Source: a virus. Taken from it: 40,163 bases of DNA. Where the stretch lies: IMG/VR virus record IMGVR_UViG_3300045988_030546; one strand, written 5' to 3'. The position numbers and the translations under genes were made by a program. Below are positions 25,275-32,104 of this stretch, one piece after another. The stretch's first letter is position 1; every line of letters starts with the position of its first letter. The notes below the pieces were generated by a model that was not told the DNA's origin, did no database searches, and worked only from the letters and a program-made list of their open reading frames with translations.

Positions 25275-25368
25275 GTGGACCACCTCCTTTACCGGGAGTA
25301 TAGCACAGAGGCCGCGTCGAAACGCGTCGGAATGTGACCTTAAAACTGCAACTTTTAAGGAGTGTATT

Positions 25369-25599
25369 ATGACAGAAACAATCGTATGCGCCCTCATCAC
25401 CGGGGGGCTGACGCTGATGGGGGTGCTTATCGCCAACAGCAAGACCCAGGCGGTGACGGAGGCCAAGCTGGACGAGCTGACCCGGGAGGTGCGGGAGCAT
25501 AACCACTTTGCCCAGCGGATGCCGGTTGTGGAGGAGCAGATCAAGGTGATCAACCACCGGATCCAAGACCTTGAGAAGGAAGCACAAAATAATACATAG
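25369..25599 (+). CDS. Holin-like / lysis-associated membrane protein (N-terminal TM plus coiled coil)
   Basis: TAAGGAG RBS. MTETIVCALITGGLTLMGVLIA (TM segment) is followed by ...HNHFAQRMPVVEEQIKVINHRIQDLE. Confidence 0.6.
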   Translation: MTETIVCALITGGLTLMGVLIANSKTQAVTEAKLDELTREVREHNHFAQRMPVVEEQIKVINHRIQDLEKEAQNNT

Positions 25600-25613
25600 G
25601 GAGGTAAAAAACT

Positions 25614-25805
25614 GTGGAAAACCTGAAAAAGCGGCTGGCCAATCTGCTGGCCGTCAAGAGCCTGGTGACCCTGACCCTCACCGTTGTCTTTGCGGTGCTG
25701 TCCTGCACCGGCAGGGTGACGCCGGAGCAGTTTATGACCGTTTTTACGGTTGTGATCGGCTTCTACTTCGGCACCCAGCGGGTGAGCGAGGACAAAAACG
25801 GTTGA
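25614..25805 (+). CDS. Holin candidate (two TM segments)
   Basis: GGGAGG RBS, GTG start, 63 aa. Two hydrophobic helices (LVTLTLTVVFAVLSC; FMTVFTVVIGFYFG) and a charged C-terminus. Confidence 0.65.
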   Translation: MENLKKRLANLLAVKSLVTLTLTVVFAVLSCTGRVTPEQFMTVFTVVIGFYFGTQRVSEDKNG

Positions 25806-25839
25806 AAATTCAACCGAAAATTTGAAAGGAGAACATACC

Positions 25840-26163
25840 ATGGACATGAAATTTGCTGACATCATCAACGAGGGCCGCAAGGCTGGCAAGACCGTGGAGC
25901 AGATCAACGCAGAGCTGAAGGCCGCCGGGGCCAATTTTCACCTGAATCCCGACGGCGGCGTGGCCGGTTGGACGGAACAGGAGATGAAGGAGGGCTTCAT
26001 CCCCACGGAGGAAGAACCTGCCGACGTGAAGCACATGTATGACTACTTCAACTATGACCCGGCCAATGCGGGCCAGACCATCCGGGTCACCGCACCGGAG
26101 GGCACCTATGACGTGACGTGGGACGAGGACGGACGGCCCGTAAAGGCAGTGCGCCGTGGTTGA
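25840..26163 (+). CDS. Hypothetical protein
   Basis: GAAAGGAGAA RBS with an internal ATG (MDMKFADII...). Confidence 0.5.
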   Translation: MDMKFADIINEGRKAGKTVEQINAELKAAGANFHLNPDGGVAGWTEQEMKEGFIPTEEEPADVKHMYDYFNYDPANAGQTIRVTAPEGTYDVTWDEDGRPVKAVRRG

Positions 26164-26836
26164 TATCTTTGACTGCGCCAGGGCGCAGATCTACCACAAC
26201 ACCGGCAAGCTGACCCCGGCCCAGATCAAGGCCAAGACCGGGTGTACCCACATCATCAACGGGTATCTTTTCAACAGCAAGTTTCAGCCGGTGGGCTGGA
26301 CGGTGATCGACGGCAAGGTCATCAGCCGGGACAAATACCAGGACTGGGGCGTGTCCATCAGCTCTGACGGCGTACCGAAGATGCTAACGGGCCGGGGAGT
26401 ATCCTTCCTTTCCGGCGTCCCGATCCTCAAGGGCGGCTCCAAGCTCTACCGGGGCCTGACCGCCGACGTGGCCCGGCCTGCTGCCCGGACGGCGGTGGGC
26501 TGGATGCCCAACGGCAAGGTATGCCTGTGGTGCGACAAGACCAGCCTGACCCGTGAGCAGCTCCAGAACAAGCTGCTGGGGCTTGGCGTGGTGGATGCCC
26601 TCATGCTGGACGGCGGCGGCTCCACGCAGGGCATTTTCCCCAAGGAGAAAGTGACCAGCACCCGGAAGGTGCCTACGCTGCTGCTGTTTTGGGAGCGGTC
26701 GGCCAAGGTGGAAGATCAAGCCCTTGTATGGGGCGAGGCTCACGGCCTGCTGACGGACGCCAACGCTGGAGAGACTGTGACCCGCGCCGACATGGTCCGG
26801 GCGCTGTATCAGATCTGGGGGGATAACCATGGTTGA
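26156..26836 (+). CDS. Phosphodiester glycosidase (NAGPA/DUF2233) family protein, putative cell-wall hydrolase
   Basis: ...ARTAVGWMPNGKV... and ...VDALMLDGGGSTQ... motifs are present. The gene lies in the lysis cassette. GTG start. Confidence 0.65.
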   Translation: MVDIFDCARAQIYHNTGKLTPAQIKAKTGCTHIINGYLFNSKFQPVGWTVIDGKVISRDKYQDWGVSISSDGVPKMLTGRGVSFLSGVPILKGGSKLYRGLTADVARPAARTAVGWMPNGKVCLWCDKTSLTREQLQNKLLGLGVVDALMLDGGGSTQGIFPKEKVTSTRKVPTLLLFWERSAKVEDQALVWGEAHGLLTDANAGETVTRADMVRALYQIWGDNHG

Positions 26837-27230
26837 GATCCACGCTTACAGCAAAGCCGCCTCCGGGGGCAAGCAGCTCTCCGCCCATTTTAAAGTGCGG
26901 GAGTTTGCCTGCCGGGACGGATCGGACGCCGTTTTGGTGGCCCCCCGGCTGGTGATGGTGCTGGAGAGCATCCGCACCCACTTTGGGGCGGCTGTGACTA
27001 TTAACAGCGGTTACCGCACGCCGCAATATAATGCCAAGGTGGGCGGGGTGGCCCACAGCCAGCATTGCTACGGCACGGCAGCGGACATCACGGTCAAGGG
27101 GCAGACGCCGGAAGCCGTGGCGACCTACGTGCGGCAGCTCATGCCGGATTGGGGCGGCGTGGGCGTGTACAGTCAGAAGGGCTTCACGCACATCGACGTG
27201 CGGGAGGCCAAGGCCGACTGGACGGGCTAA
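26829..27230 (+). CDS. Peptidase M15A-type endolysin (L-Ala-D-Glu / D,D-peptidase fold)
   Basis: ...HFKVREFACRDG... and ...INSGYRTPQYNAKVGGVAHSQHCYGTAADI... supply the zinc-binding H/D/H pattern of M15. Confidence 0.85.
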   Translation: MVEIHAYSKAASGGKQLSAHFKVREFACRDGSDAVLVAPRLVMVLESIRTHFGAAVTINSGYRTPQYNAKVGGVAHSQHCYGTAADITVKGQTPEAVATYVRQLMPDWGGVGVYSQKGFTHIDVREAKADWTG

Positions 27231-27272
27231 ACTACTGAGAGGAGGGCCAGAAGATGGCAACATCCACGCGGC

Positions 27273-27539
27273 ATGGCCGCGCTCTGCAAGTCTGGAAAAC
27301 CCATGGAGAAAACAAACCGAGAGATCCGGGCGCTGTTGTCATCGATGGCCCCGGCCCGGGCGGCGCAGGCCATTCGGCTGGTAGGCCTCCCGCCTGACGA
27401 GGAGACGGCGGTGCTGGCGGTGGACGTCCACGGCCAGAGCTGCCTACAGGCGGCGGCGCTGCTCCACGTCAGCGTGGACGGGTTGGCCAAGATCCGGCGG
27501 CGTGCCTATGCAAAAATCGCGGATGATATGCAAGGATAG
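27273..27539 (+). CDS. Sigma-70 region-4-like HTH protein
   Basis: ...DEETAVLAVDVHGQSCLQAAALLHVSVDGLAKIRRRAYAKI has the region-4 layout. The start is uncertain (27273 or 27303). Confidence 0.5.
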   Translation: MAALCKSGKPMEKTNREIRALLSSMAPARAAQAIRLVGLPPDEETAVLAVDVHGQSCLQAAALLHVSVDGLAKIRRRAYAKIADDMQG

Positions 27540-27542
27540 AGA

Positions 27543-27580
27543 AAAGCCGTGTCCGATTCGGACACGGCTTTCTTATTTTT
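27543..27580. terminator. Bidirectional rho-independent terminator between convergent operons
   Basis: A perfect 13-bp stem, AAAGCCGTGTCCG-ATT-CGGACACGGCTTT, is followed by a T-rich tract (CTTATTTTT) on the + strand and by TTTTCTCT on the - strand. Confidence 0.85.
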
Positions 27581-28064
27581 CTTCCCACGCCACCAGCGTC
27601 CATCCCTTATACGTGGACACCGTGCATGGCTTCCCGTTTGCTCTGCGGAAATTTCCCTCCATGGAGCGTTTGATCTGGCGGAAACCGGAGGAAATGGCAG
27701 CGGCGCTGGCCTCCGTCGGCTCCATATCAAAGTCGGAGGTGTGCTGTCTGGCCCAGTCCGTCAGATTGGTCACAACAACCGGCTCACCGTCCGGCGTGCG
27801 CAGGTGCCAGATTTTGGCGTTGCGGTTCTGCGGTCCACGCTGGCCCTCCGGCAATGCAAGTGCGGCCTTCGTGCCGTGGGCCAGATTCCCGGTTCTTTCC
27901 GCTGCCGCAGCGGCGTTCCGCTTGGCGGCGGCGCTCCACTTGTTGTGCCGTCCCTTGTGCTGTTGGCTGCGCCATGCGGCGGAGCAGGTTGGGGAGCAGG
28001 TGCGCTTGTTGTTGGACGGCGGCGTATCAAATTCCACGCCGCAGATCACACACTTCTGGATCAT
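27573..28064 (-). CDS. Zinc-ribbon protein with C-terminal domain of unknown function
   Basis: The N-terminus is MIQKCVICGVEF...CSPTC. The C-terminus ...KIWHLRTPDGEPVVVTNLTDWARQH...YKGWTL is reminiscent of DNA-binding modules of phage homing-endonuclease-like proteins (weak). Confidence 0.6.
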   Translation of the reverse strand: MIQKCVICGVEFDTPPSNNKRTCSPTCSAAWRSQQHKGRHNKWSAAAKRNAAAAAERTGNLAHGTKAALALPEGQRGPQNRNAKIWHLRTPDGEPVVVTNLTDWARQHTSDFDMEPTEASAAAISSGFRQIKRSMEGNFRRANGKPCTVSTYKGWTLVAWEEK

Positions 28065-28342
28065 ATCAGTCTGCGGATATCCACATGGAGCGCGTCGGCT
28101 ATAGCGATCAGGTTCTTAGCGGTGAGATTTCCGGCCTCCGCCTCGCCCAGCTCCACCCGCTGGATCTGGCGGATGTTGACGCCGGACGCCTCCGCAAGCT
28201 GTGCCTGCGTCAGCCCCTCCGCCCGTCGGGACCACTCCAGTTTGCTGATGAAGCGATTGTGGCAATCCAGGCCATAGTTGGCCAGAGGGCAGATGGTGCA
28301 GTCACCATCTGCCCTCCGGCAGTCTGCGTATTTCTTGCGCAT
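28061..28342 (-). CDS. XRE-family HTH protein with N-terminal Cys cluster
   Basis: ...CRRADGDCTICPLANYGLDCH... is followed by ...RRAEGLTQAQLAEASGVNIRQIQRVELGE... Confidence 0.7.
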   Translation of the reverse strand: MRKKYADCRRADGDCTICPLANYGLDCHNRFISKLEWSRRAEGLTQAQLAEASGVNIRQIQRVELGEAEAGNLTAKNLIAIADALHVDIRRLI

Positions 28343-28354
28343 CGTGGGCCTCCT

Positions 28355-28552
28355 TTAGAGCTTGATTTCCGGTGTGTAGTAGAGCACTTCGTATTTTTGA
28401 TATTGGGCGCCGACAGGCTTTCTGACAATGGCGGTTGTTTCTTCCCCGGTAACCCGCTTTATAAGCGCGTAGCCGTAAAAATAGCCGCCTTCCACAAATG
28501 TTTTTCCGGGGGCCTGTTCCAGCCTTTGAATCAATTCGTTTTTCTCCATCAT
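28355..28552 (-). CDS. Hypothetical protein (65 aa)
   Basis: AGGGAGGAAAGA RBS on the minus strand. Confidence 0.5.
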   Translation of the reverse strand: MMEKNELIQRLEQAPGKTFVEGGYFYGYALIKRVTGEETTAIVRKPVGAQYQKYEVLYYTPEIKL

Positions 28553-28563
28553 TCTTTCCTCCC

Positions 28564-28833
28564 TTATTTCAGATAACGGTTCGTCTGAGAAACCACGGCC
28601 ATGCCGACCTGATCCGGGGTGCTGTTGAAGTTTACGAAGCGGAGGACGTCGATCAGCTTGCTGGCGTACTCTACGGAGTTGATGCGGTTGATCTGGAAGT
28701 CAATCCCCTTGTTCCACATCTCGATGTTTGCCTTGCCGGGGTCGCTGGGGTTCTCTCTCATCCACTCCAGTGCGGTGATGGCTTTGGCCTTGAGATCTTC
28801 GGCCCACGCGATCTGCTTCTCAGTACCCTTCAT
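28564..28833 (-). CDS. Hypothetical protein (89 aa)
   Basis: AAGGAGGAAAAAAATT precedes the ATG on the minus strand. First gene of the leftward module. Confidence 0.55.
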   Translation of the reverse strand: MKGTEKQIAWAEDLKAKAITALEWMRENPSDPGKANIEMWNKGIDFQINRINSVEYASKLIDVLRFVNFNSTPDQVGMAVVSQTNRYLK

Positions 28834-28874
28834 AATTTTTTTCCTCCTTGGGTTGCCCCTCTCTTTATGCTTTT

Positions 28875-28903
28875 AATATACGCTAATATTAGCGTAAAGT
28901 CAA
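28875..28903 (-). promoter_or_regulatory. Sigma-70 promoter (TTGACT-17-TATATT, leftward) with an 18-bp perfect palindrome in its spacer
   Basis: On the minus strand, -35 TTGACT is at 28898-28903 and -10 TATATT at 28875-28880. The palindrome TACGCTAAT|ATTAGCGTA is at 28879-28896. Confidence 0.65.
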
Positions 28904-28935
28904 GAGAAAAGAGCAAAAAAGTCAAAATATTTTTA

Positions 28936-28979
28936 GGGCAGTTTGAGGGCAGAATACAGGCAGTTTCCGGGCAGTTTAG
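28936..28979. repeat. Four direct GGCAG-core repeats with exact 11-bp phasing
   Basis: GGCAG starts at 28937, 28948, 28959 and 28970 (GGGCAGTTTGA GGGCAGAATAC AGGCAGTTTCC GGGCAGTTTAG). The array lies just upstream of a weak -10 (TATCAT, 28996-29001). Confidence 0.85.
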
Positions 28980-29026
28980 CTGTCCGGATTTTTTGTATCA
29001 TGAGGGTAAGAAAAAGGAGGCGCGCA

Positions 29027-29149
29027 ATGTATGACCGACTGCTTGCCATCGGCTACACGGAGCAGATGGCAATGGACATTTTAAAGCTGTTCCCGGACCC
29101 GGAGGAGCTGCAAACTTACGTGTATTTTGCGGAGCTGTTCCATGTTTGA
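29027..29149 (+). CDS. Hypothetical small protein (40 aa)
   Basis: AAAAAGGAGG RBS. Translates to MYDRLLAIGYTEQMAMDILKLFPDPEELQTYVYFAELFHV. Confidence 0.4.
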   Translation: MYDRLLAIGYTEQMAMDILKLFPDPEELQTYVYFAELFHV

Positions 29150-29522
29150 GTACTTCAACCAAAATCCCTGCGGCAAAAATGTGGGGGACTGCACCGTGCG
29201 GGCTATTTCCAAGGCAACCGGCAAGGATTGGGGCGAGACGTATCTGCGATTGTGCATCCAAGGGTATCTTGACGGAGATATGCCATCCGCCAACGCCTGC
29301 TGGGGCCGGTATCTCCGCAGCATCGGGTACAAGCGGTACATCGTGCCGGACACCTGCCCAGATTGCTACACAGTGGGCCAATTTGCGGAGCAGCACTCGG
29401 CAGGGACGTATATTTTGGCGCTGTCCGGCCACGTAGTCTGCGTACAGGACGGGGTAATTTGGGACAGCTGGGACAGCAGCAATGAGACAATCTTATATTA
29501 CTGGGTCAAGGAGGATGATTGA
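29142..29522 (+). CDS. Hypothetical protein with possible Cys-His(-Asp) papain-like arrangement
   Basis: ...NPCGKNVGDCTVRAISKA... and ...LALSGHVVCVQDGVIWDSWD.... The fold call is inference only. Confidence 0.55.
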   Translation: MFEYFNQNPCGKNVGDCTVRAISKATGKDWGETYLRLCIQGYLDGDMPSANACWGRYLRSIGYKRYIVPDTCPDCYTVGQFAEQHSAGTYILALSGHVVCVQDGVIWDSWDSSNETILYYWVKEDD

Positions 29523-29523
29523 C

Positions 29524-29964
29524 ATGGCATACACACCTTACGGCTGGCAAAATCCCTATTACGCACAGCCTATGCCGGATAACCTGGCACAACTCCGCCA
29601 ACAGCAGATGCCTCCAATGATGGCACCGCAGCCCCCGCAGAATCCGATGGCGCAGAGCGGTGTCCAGTGGGTCAGTGGGGAACAGGAGGCCCGAAACTGG
29701 ATGATTGCGCCAAACGCAGCCGTGGCGCTGTGGGACAGTACGGCTCCCACCGTCTATCTCAAGCAGGCGGACGCCAGCGGCAAACCGTCCCTTAAAATTT
29801 ATGACCTCGTAGAGCGCTCTCAGACGCCGCCTGCCTCACCGCAGGCTAAGGCCGTGGATTTTGTCACGCGGGAGGAGTTTGACCGTCTGGCGGCGATTGT
29901 GGGCGAAATTCGGGGCAAAGAAAAGCCAGCGAAGAAAGTAAAGGAGGCTGACGCTGATGGCTAA
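29524..29964 (+). CDS. Hypothetical protein (Pro/Gln-rich N-terminus, Lys-rich C-terminus)
   Basis: AAGGAGGA RBS. Translates to MAYTPYGWQNPYYAQPMPDNLAQLRQQQMPPMMAPQPPQNPMAQ... Confidence 0.6.
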   Translation: MAYTPYGWQNPYYAQPMPDNLAQLRQQQMPPMMAPQPPQNPMAQSGVQWVSGEQEARNWMIAPNAAVALWDSTAPTVYLKQADASGKPSLKIYDLVERSQTPPASPQAKAVDFVTREEFDRLAAIVGEIRGKEKPAKKVKEADADG

Positions 29965-30175
29965 TCCTTTTTTTAAGGCCATGGGCGGCGGTCAGATGCC
30001 AGGGCCGATGGGCCAATTCCAGCGGCTCATGCAGCAATTTAACCAGTTCCGCGCCACATTTCAGGGAGATCCAAAAGCGGAGGTGGAAAAGCTGCTGCAA
30101 TCCGGCAAAATGAGCCAGCAGCAACTGAACCAGCTGCAGGCAATGGCAAAGCAATTTGAGAGCTTTTTGCGGTAA
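29957..30175 (+). CDS. Hypothetical Gln-rich small protein
   Basis: Coupled start. Followed by a near-perfect 13-bp palindrome or hairpin (30174-30200). Confidence 0.55.
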   Translation: MANPFFKAMGGGQMPGPMGQFQRLMQQFNQFRATFQGDPKAEVEKLLQSGKMSQQQLNQLQAMAKQFESFLR

Positions 30176-30226
30176 TCAAAATCGTGGCCACGATTTGATT
30201 GATAAAATTTTGAAAGGAGAGATATT

Positions 30227-30949
30227 ATGTCTCTATCTGACGGTATGCCGACGATGACCATGCCTGTGGCTCCCGCCAACACCTCCGGCAGCGGAAACGG
30301 CTTTGGCTGGGGCGGTGACGGTGCATGGTGGATCATTATCCTGTTTTTGTTTGTTTTTTGCGGCTGGGGCGGCAACGGCTGGGGCAACAACGGCGGCAAT
30401 GGCGGCGGCGTGGTCGACGGCTATGTGCTGACCTCTGACTTTGCCAATGTCGAGCGCAAGATCGACAGTGTAAATCAGGGTCTTTGCGACGGATTTTACC
30501 AGCAGGCGCAGCTTGTCAACGGCACCAACATGGCGATGGCAAACGGCTTTGCACAGGCCGAGCTTTCCCGCAGCAACCAGCAGGCGGCTCTCATGCAGCA
30601 GTTGACTGCCATGCAGATGCAGGCCCAGCAGTGCTGCTGCGACCAGCGGGCCGACACGGCACAGCTCCGGTATGACATGGCTACGCAGGGCTGCGACACC
30701 CGCAACACCATCCAGACCGCAACGCGGGACATCATCGACAACGCCAACAGCAACAGCCGCGCAATCCTCGACTTTTTGACCCAGAGCAAGCTGCAGGATC
30801 TCCAGAGCGAGAACCAGGGCTTGAAGCTGGCCGCATCTCAGGCGGCGCAGAACAGCTATCTGGTGTCTCAGCTCCGGCCCTCTCCCATTCCGGCCTACAC
30901 GGTGCAGAACCCCTATTGCTGCAACCAGTTTGCCGGTTGCGGCTGCTGA
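30227..30949 (+). CDS. Hypothetical membrane protein: Gly/Trp-rich N-terminus with TM, Gln-rich middle, Cys-rich end
   Basis: GAAAGGAGAG RBS. Motifs seen: ...GNGFGWGGDGAWWIIILFLFVFCGWGGNGWGNNGGNGGG..., an internal QQCCCDQ, and a C-terminal ...YCCNQFAGCGC. Confidence 0.6.
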   Translation: MSLSDGMPTMTMPVAPANTSGSGNGFGWGGDGAWWIIILFLFVFCGWGGNGWGNNGGNGGGVVDGYVLTSDFANVERKIDSVNQGLCDGFYQQAQLVNGTNMAMANGFAQAELSRSNQQAALMQQLTAMQMQAQQCCCDQRADTAQLRYDMATQGCDTRNTIQTATRDIIDNANSNSRAILDFLTQSKLQDLQSENQGLKLAASQAAQNSYLVSQLRPSPIPAYTVQNPYCCNQFAGCGC

Positions 30950-31064
30950 CAACTGCATAGCATAGCTTTTTCCCCATGCGGGGAAAATGGTCGGCCCCGT
31001 GCCGATACTACGACAACGCGGCGGGGCAATAGCTCCGCCGCTGTTACATGAAAGGACAAAAATT

Positions 31065-31277
31065 ATGAAAACAGTCGACGAACTCAAGCAGGAATTTGTG
31101 GACCACATCGCAACTCTGAACAAAACCAGCATGACCCTTGTTGAGCTTGGCTATTATGCGGAGCTCTTGCGCAAGGCAGATGATCTCTTTAGGCCGAGCT
31201 ACACGGACATGATGGCCGGCATCGGCCTGGCTCCGTTTGCCATGGCTGCGAGAAAGGAGGGGGCAAAAAATGGCTGA
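31065..31277 (+). CDS. Hypothetical small protein (70 aa)
   Basis: GAAAGGACAAAAATT precedes the internal ATG (MKTVDELKQEF...). Confidence 0.5.
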   Translation: MKTVDELKQEFVDHIATLNKTSMTLVELGYYAELLRKADDLFRPSYTDMMAGIGLAPFAMAARKEGAKNG

Positions 31278-31692
31278 GTATACCAACGCCAACATTGTCG
31301 AGGTCGCAGCGGGTCAAAACGTGCCCCTGACGGAAAACGTAGTCAACAGTAAGCCTTGCATTGTCCATCGTGAGGGCGCGGGTATCGTGACCTTGCGGGG
31401 TCTGACCAACCAGTGCAAGGCCCGTTTCCGCGTGGCTTTTGGCGGCAATATTGCCATTCCCACCGGCGGCACGGTGGAGGCCATCACCGCCGCTTTGGCT
31501 ATCAACGGCGAGCCGCTGACCAGCGCCACGGCTACCATAACCCCGGCGGCGGTGGAGAACTATTTTAACATTTTTGTCAGCGCCATTGTGGAGGTGCCTC
31601 GGGGCTGCTGCCTGACGGTGGCCATGGAAAATACCAGCACACAGGCGATTAACTTTGCCAACTCCAACCTGACTGTTGACCGTGTGTCGTGA
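31270..31692 (+). CDS. Hypothetical beta-rich protein (BclA-C-terminal / C1q-TNF-like jelly-roll suspected)
   Basis: GAAAGGAGGGGG RBS. Alternating beta-strand pattern ...IVTLRGL...ARFRVAFGGNIAIPTGG...ALAINGEPL...NIFVSAIVEVPRGCCLTVAMEN...SNLTVDRV. The fold call is inference only. Confidence 0.55.
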   Translation: MAEYTNANIVEVAAGQNVPLTENVVNSKPCIVHREGAGIVTLRGLTNQCKARFRVAFGGNIAIPTGGTVEAITAALAINGEPLTSATATITPAAVENYFNIFVSAIVEVPRGCCLTVAMENTSTQAINFANSNLTVDRVS

Positions 31693-31705
31693 AAGGAGAC
31701 GGACT

Positions 31706-32089
31706 ATGCGAGATTATGATGATCTGCGGGAGATGCTGTGCAAGGAATTGGACGATCTCTACGATGAAACCGCTAAGAAGGGCGGCGTAAATGCTGCTGA
31801 TCTGGATGCCATCCGGGATATTACCAGTGCCATCAAAAACACCTACAAAATTGAGATGTTTGAGGGCGGCGACTACTCCCGTGATGGAGACTGGGGCGCC
31901 AGCATCCGGGGCACCTATGGCCGGGGGAATTCCTATGCGCGGCGCGGTACCCATTATGTGCGGGGCCACTACAGCCGTGGGAATAGTCAGGAGCGGATGC
32001 GCATGCAACTGGAGAACATGATGCGGGAGGCTGATACTGACGCTGCCCGCGATGCAATCCGCCGCTGCATGGATGCTCTTGGAGACTAA
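31706..32089 (+). CDS. Hypothetical protein with central Gly/Arg/Tyr/Ser-rich segment
   Basis: GAAAGGAGA RBS. Translates to MRDYDDLREMLCKELDDLYDE...GDYSRDGDWGASIRGTYGRGNSYARRGTHYVRGHYSRGNS... Confidence 0.58.
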   Translation: MRDYDDLREMLCKELDDLYDETAKKGGVNAADLDAIRDITSAIKNTYKIEMFEGGDYSRDGDWGASIRGTYGRGNSYARRGTHYVRGHYSRGNSQERMRMQLENMMREADTDAARDAIRRCMDALGD

Positions 32090-32104
32090 AGGGGGTATGC
32101 CCCC

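Noticed and set aside
25134-25934. Full-length 266-aa minus-strand ORF across the holin region
   Set aside because: It lies opposite two well-supported holin-like genes. Only the terminal 46 codons, preceded by a strong RBS and promoter, are credible.
27254-27397. 47-aa ORF with a good SD (GAGGAGGG, 7-nt spacing) upstream of the sigma-like gene
   Set aside because: The product is Gly/Pro/Ala-rich with no structure-like pattern. It overlaps, out of frame, the HTH-encoding frame, which looks genuine. It is kept only as a note that the true start of the sigma-like gene is uncertain.
27549-28576. + strand ORFs 27549..28277, 27502..28104 and 27854..28576
   Set aside because: They are Arg/Ala/Cys-rich shadows opposite the four minus-strand genes, which have RBS sites and recognisable HTH and zinc-ribbon motifs.
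30968-30987. TTTTCCCC-ATGC-GGGGAAAA hairpin after the Gly/Trp-rich protein gene, as a terminator
   Set aside because: The T and A runs are part of the stem, so no free U tract follows on either strand. It may be a structural or regulatory hairpin, but it is not a canonical intrinsic terminator.
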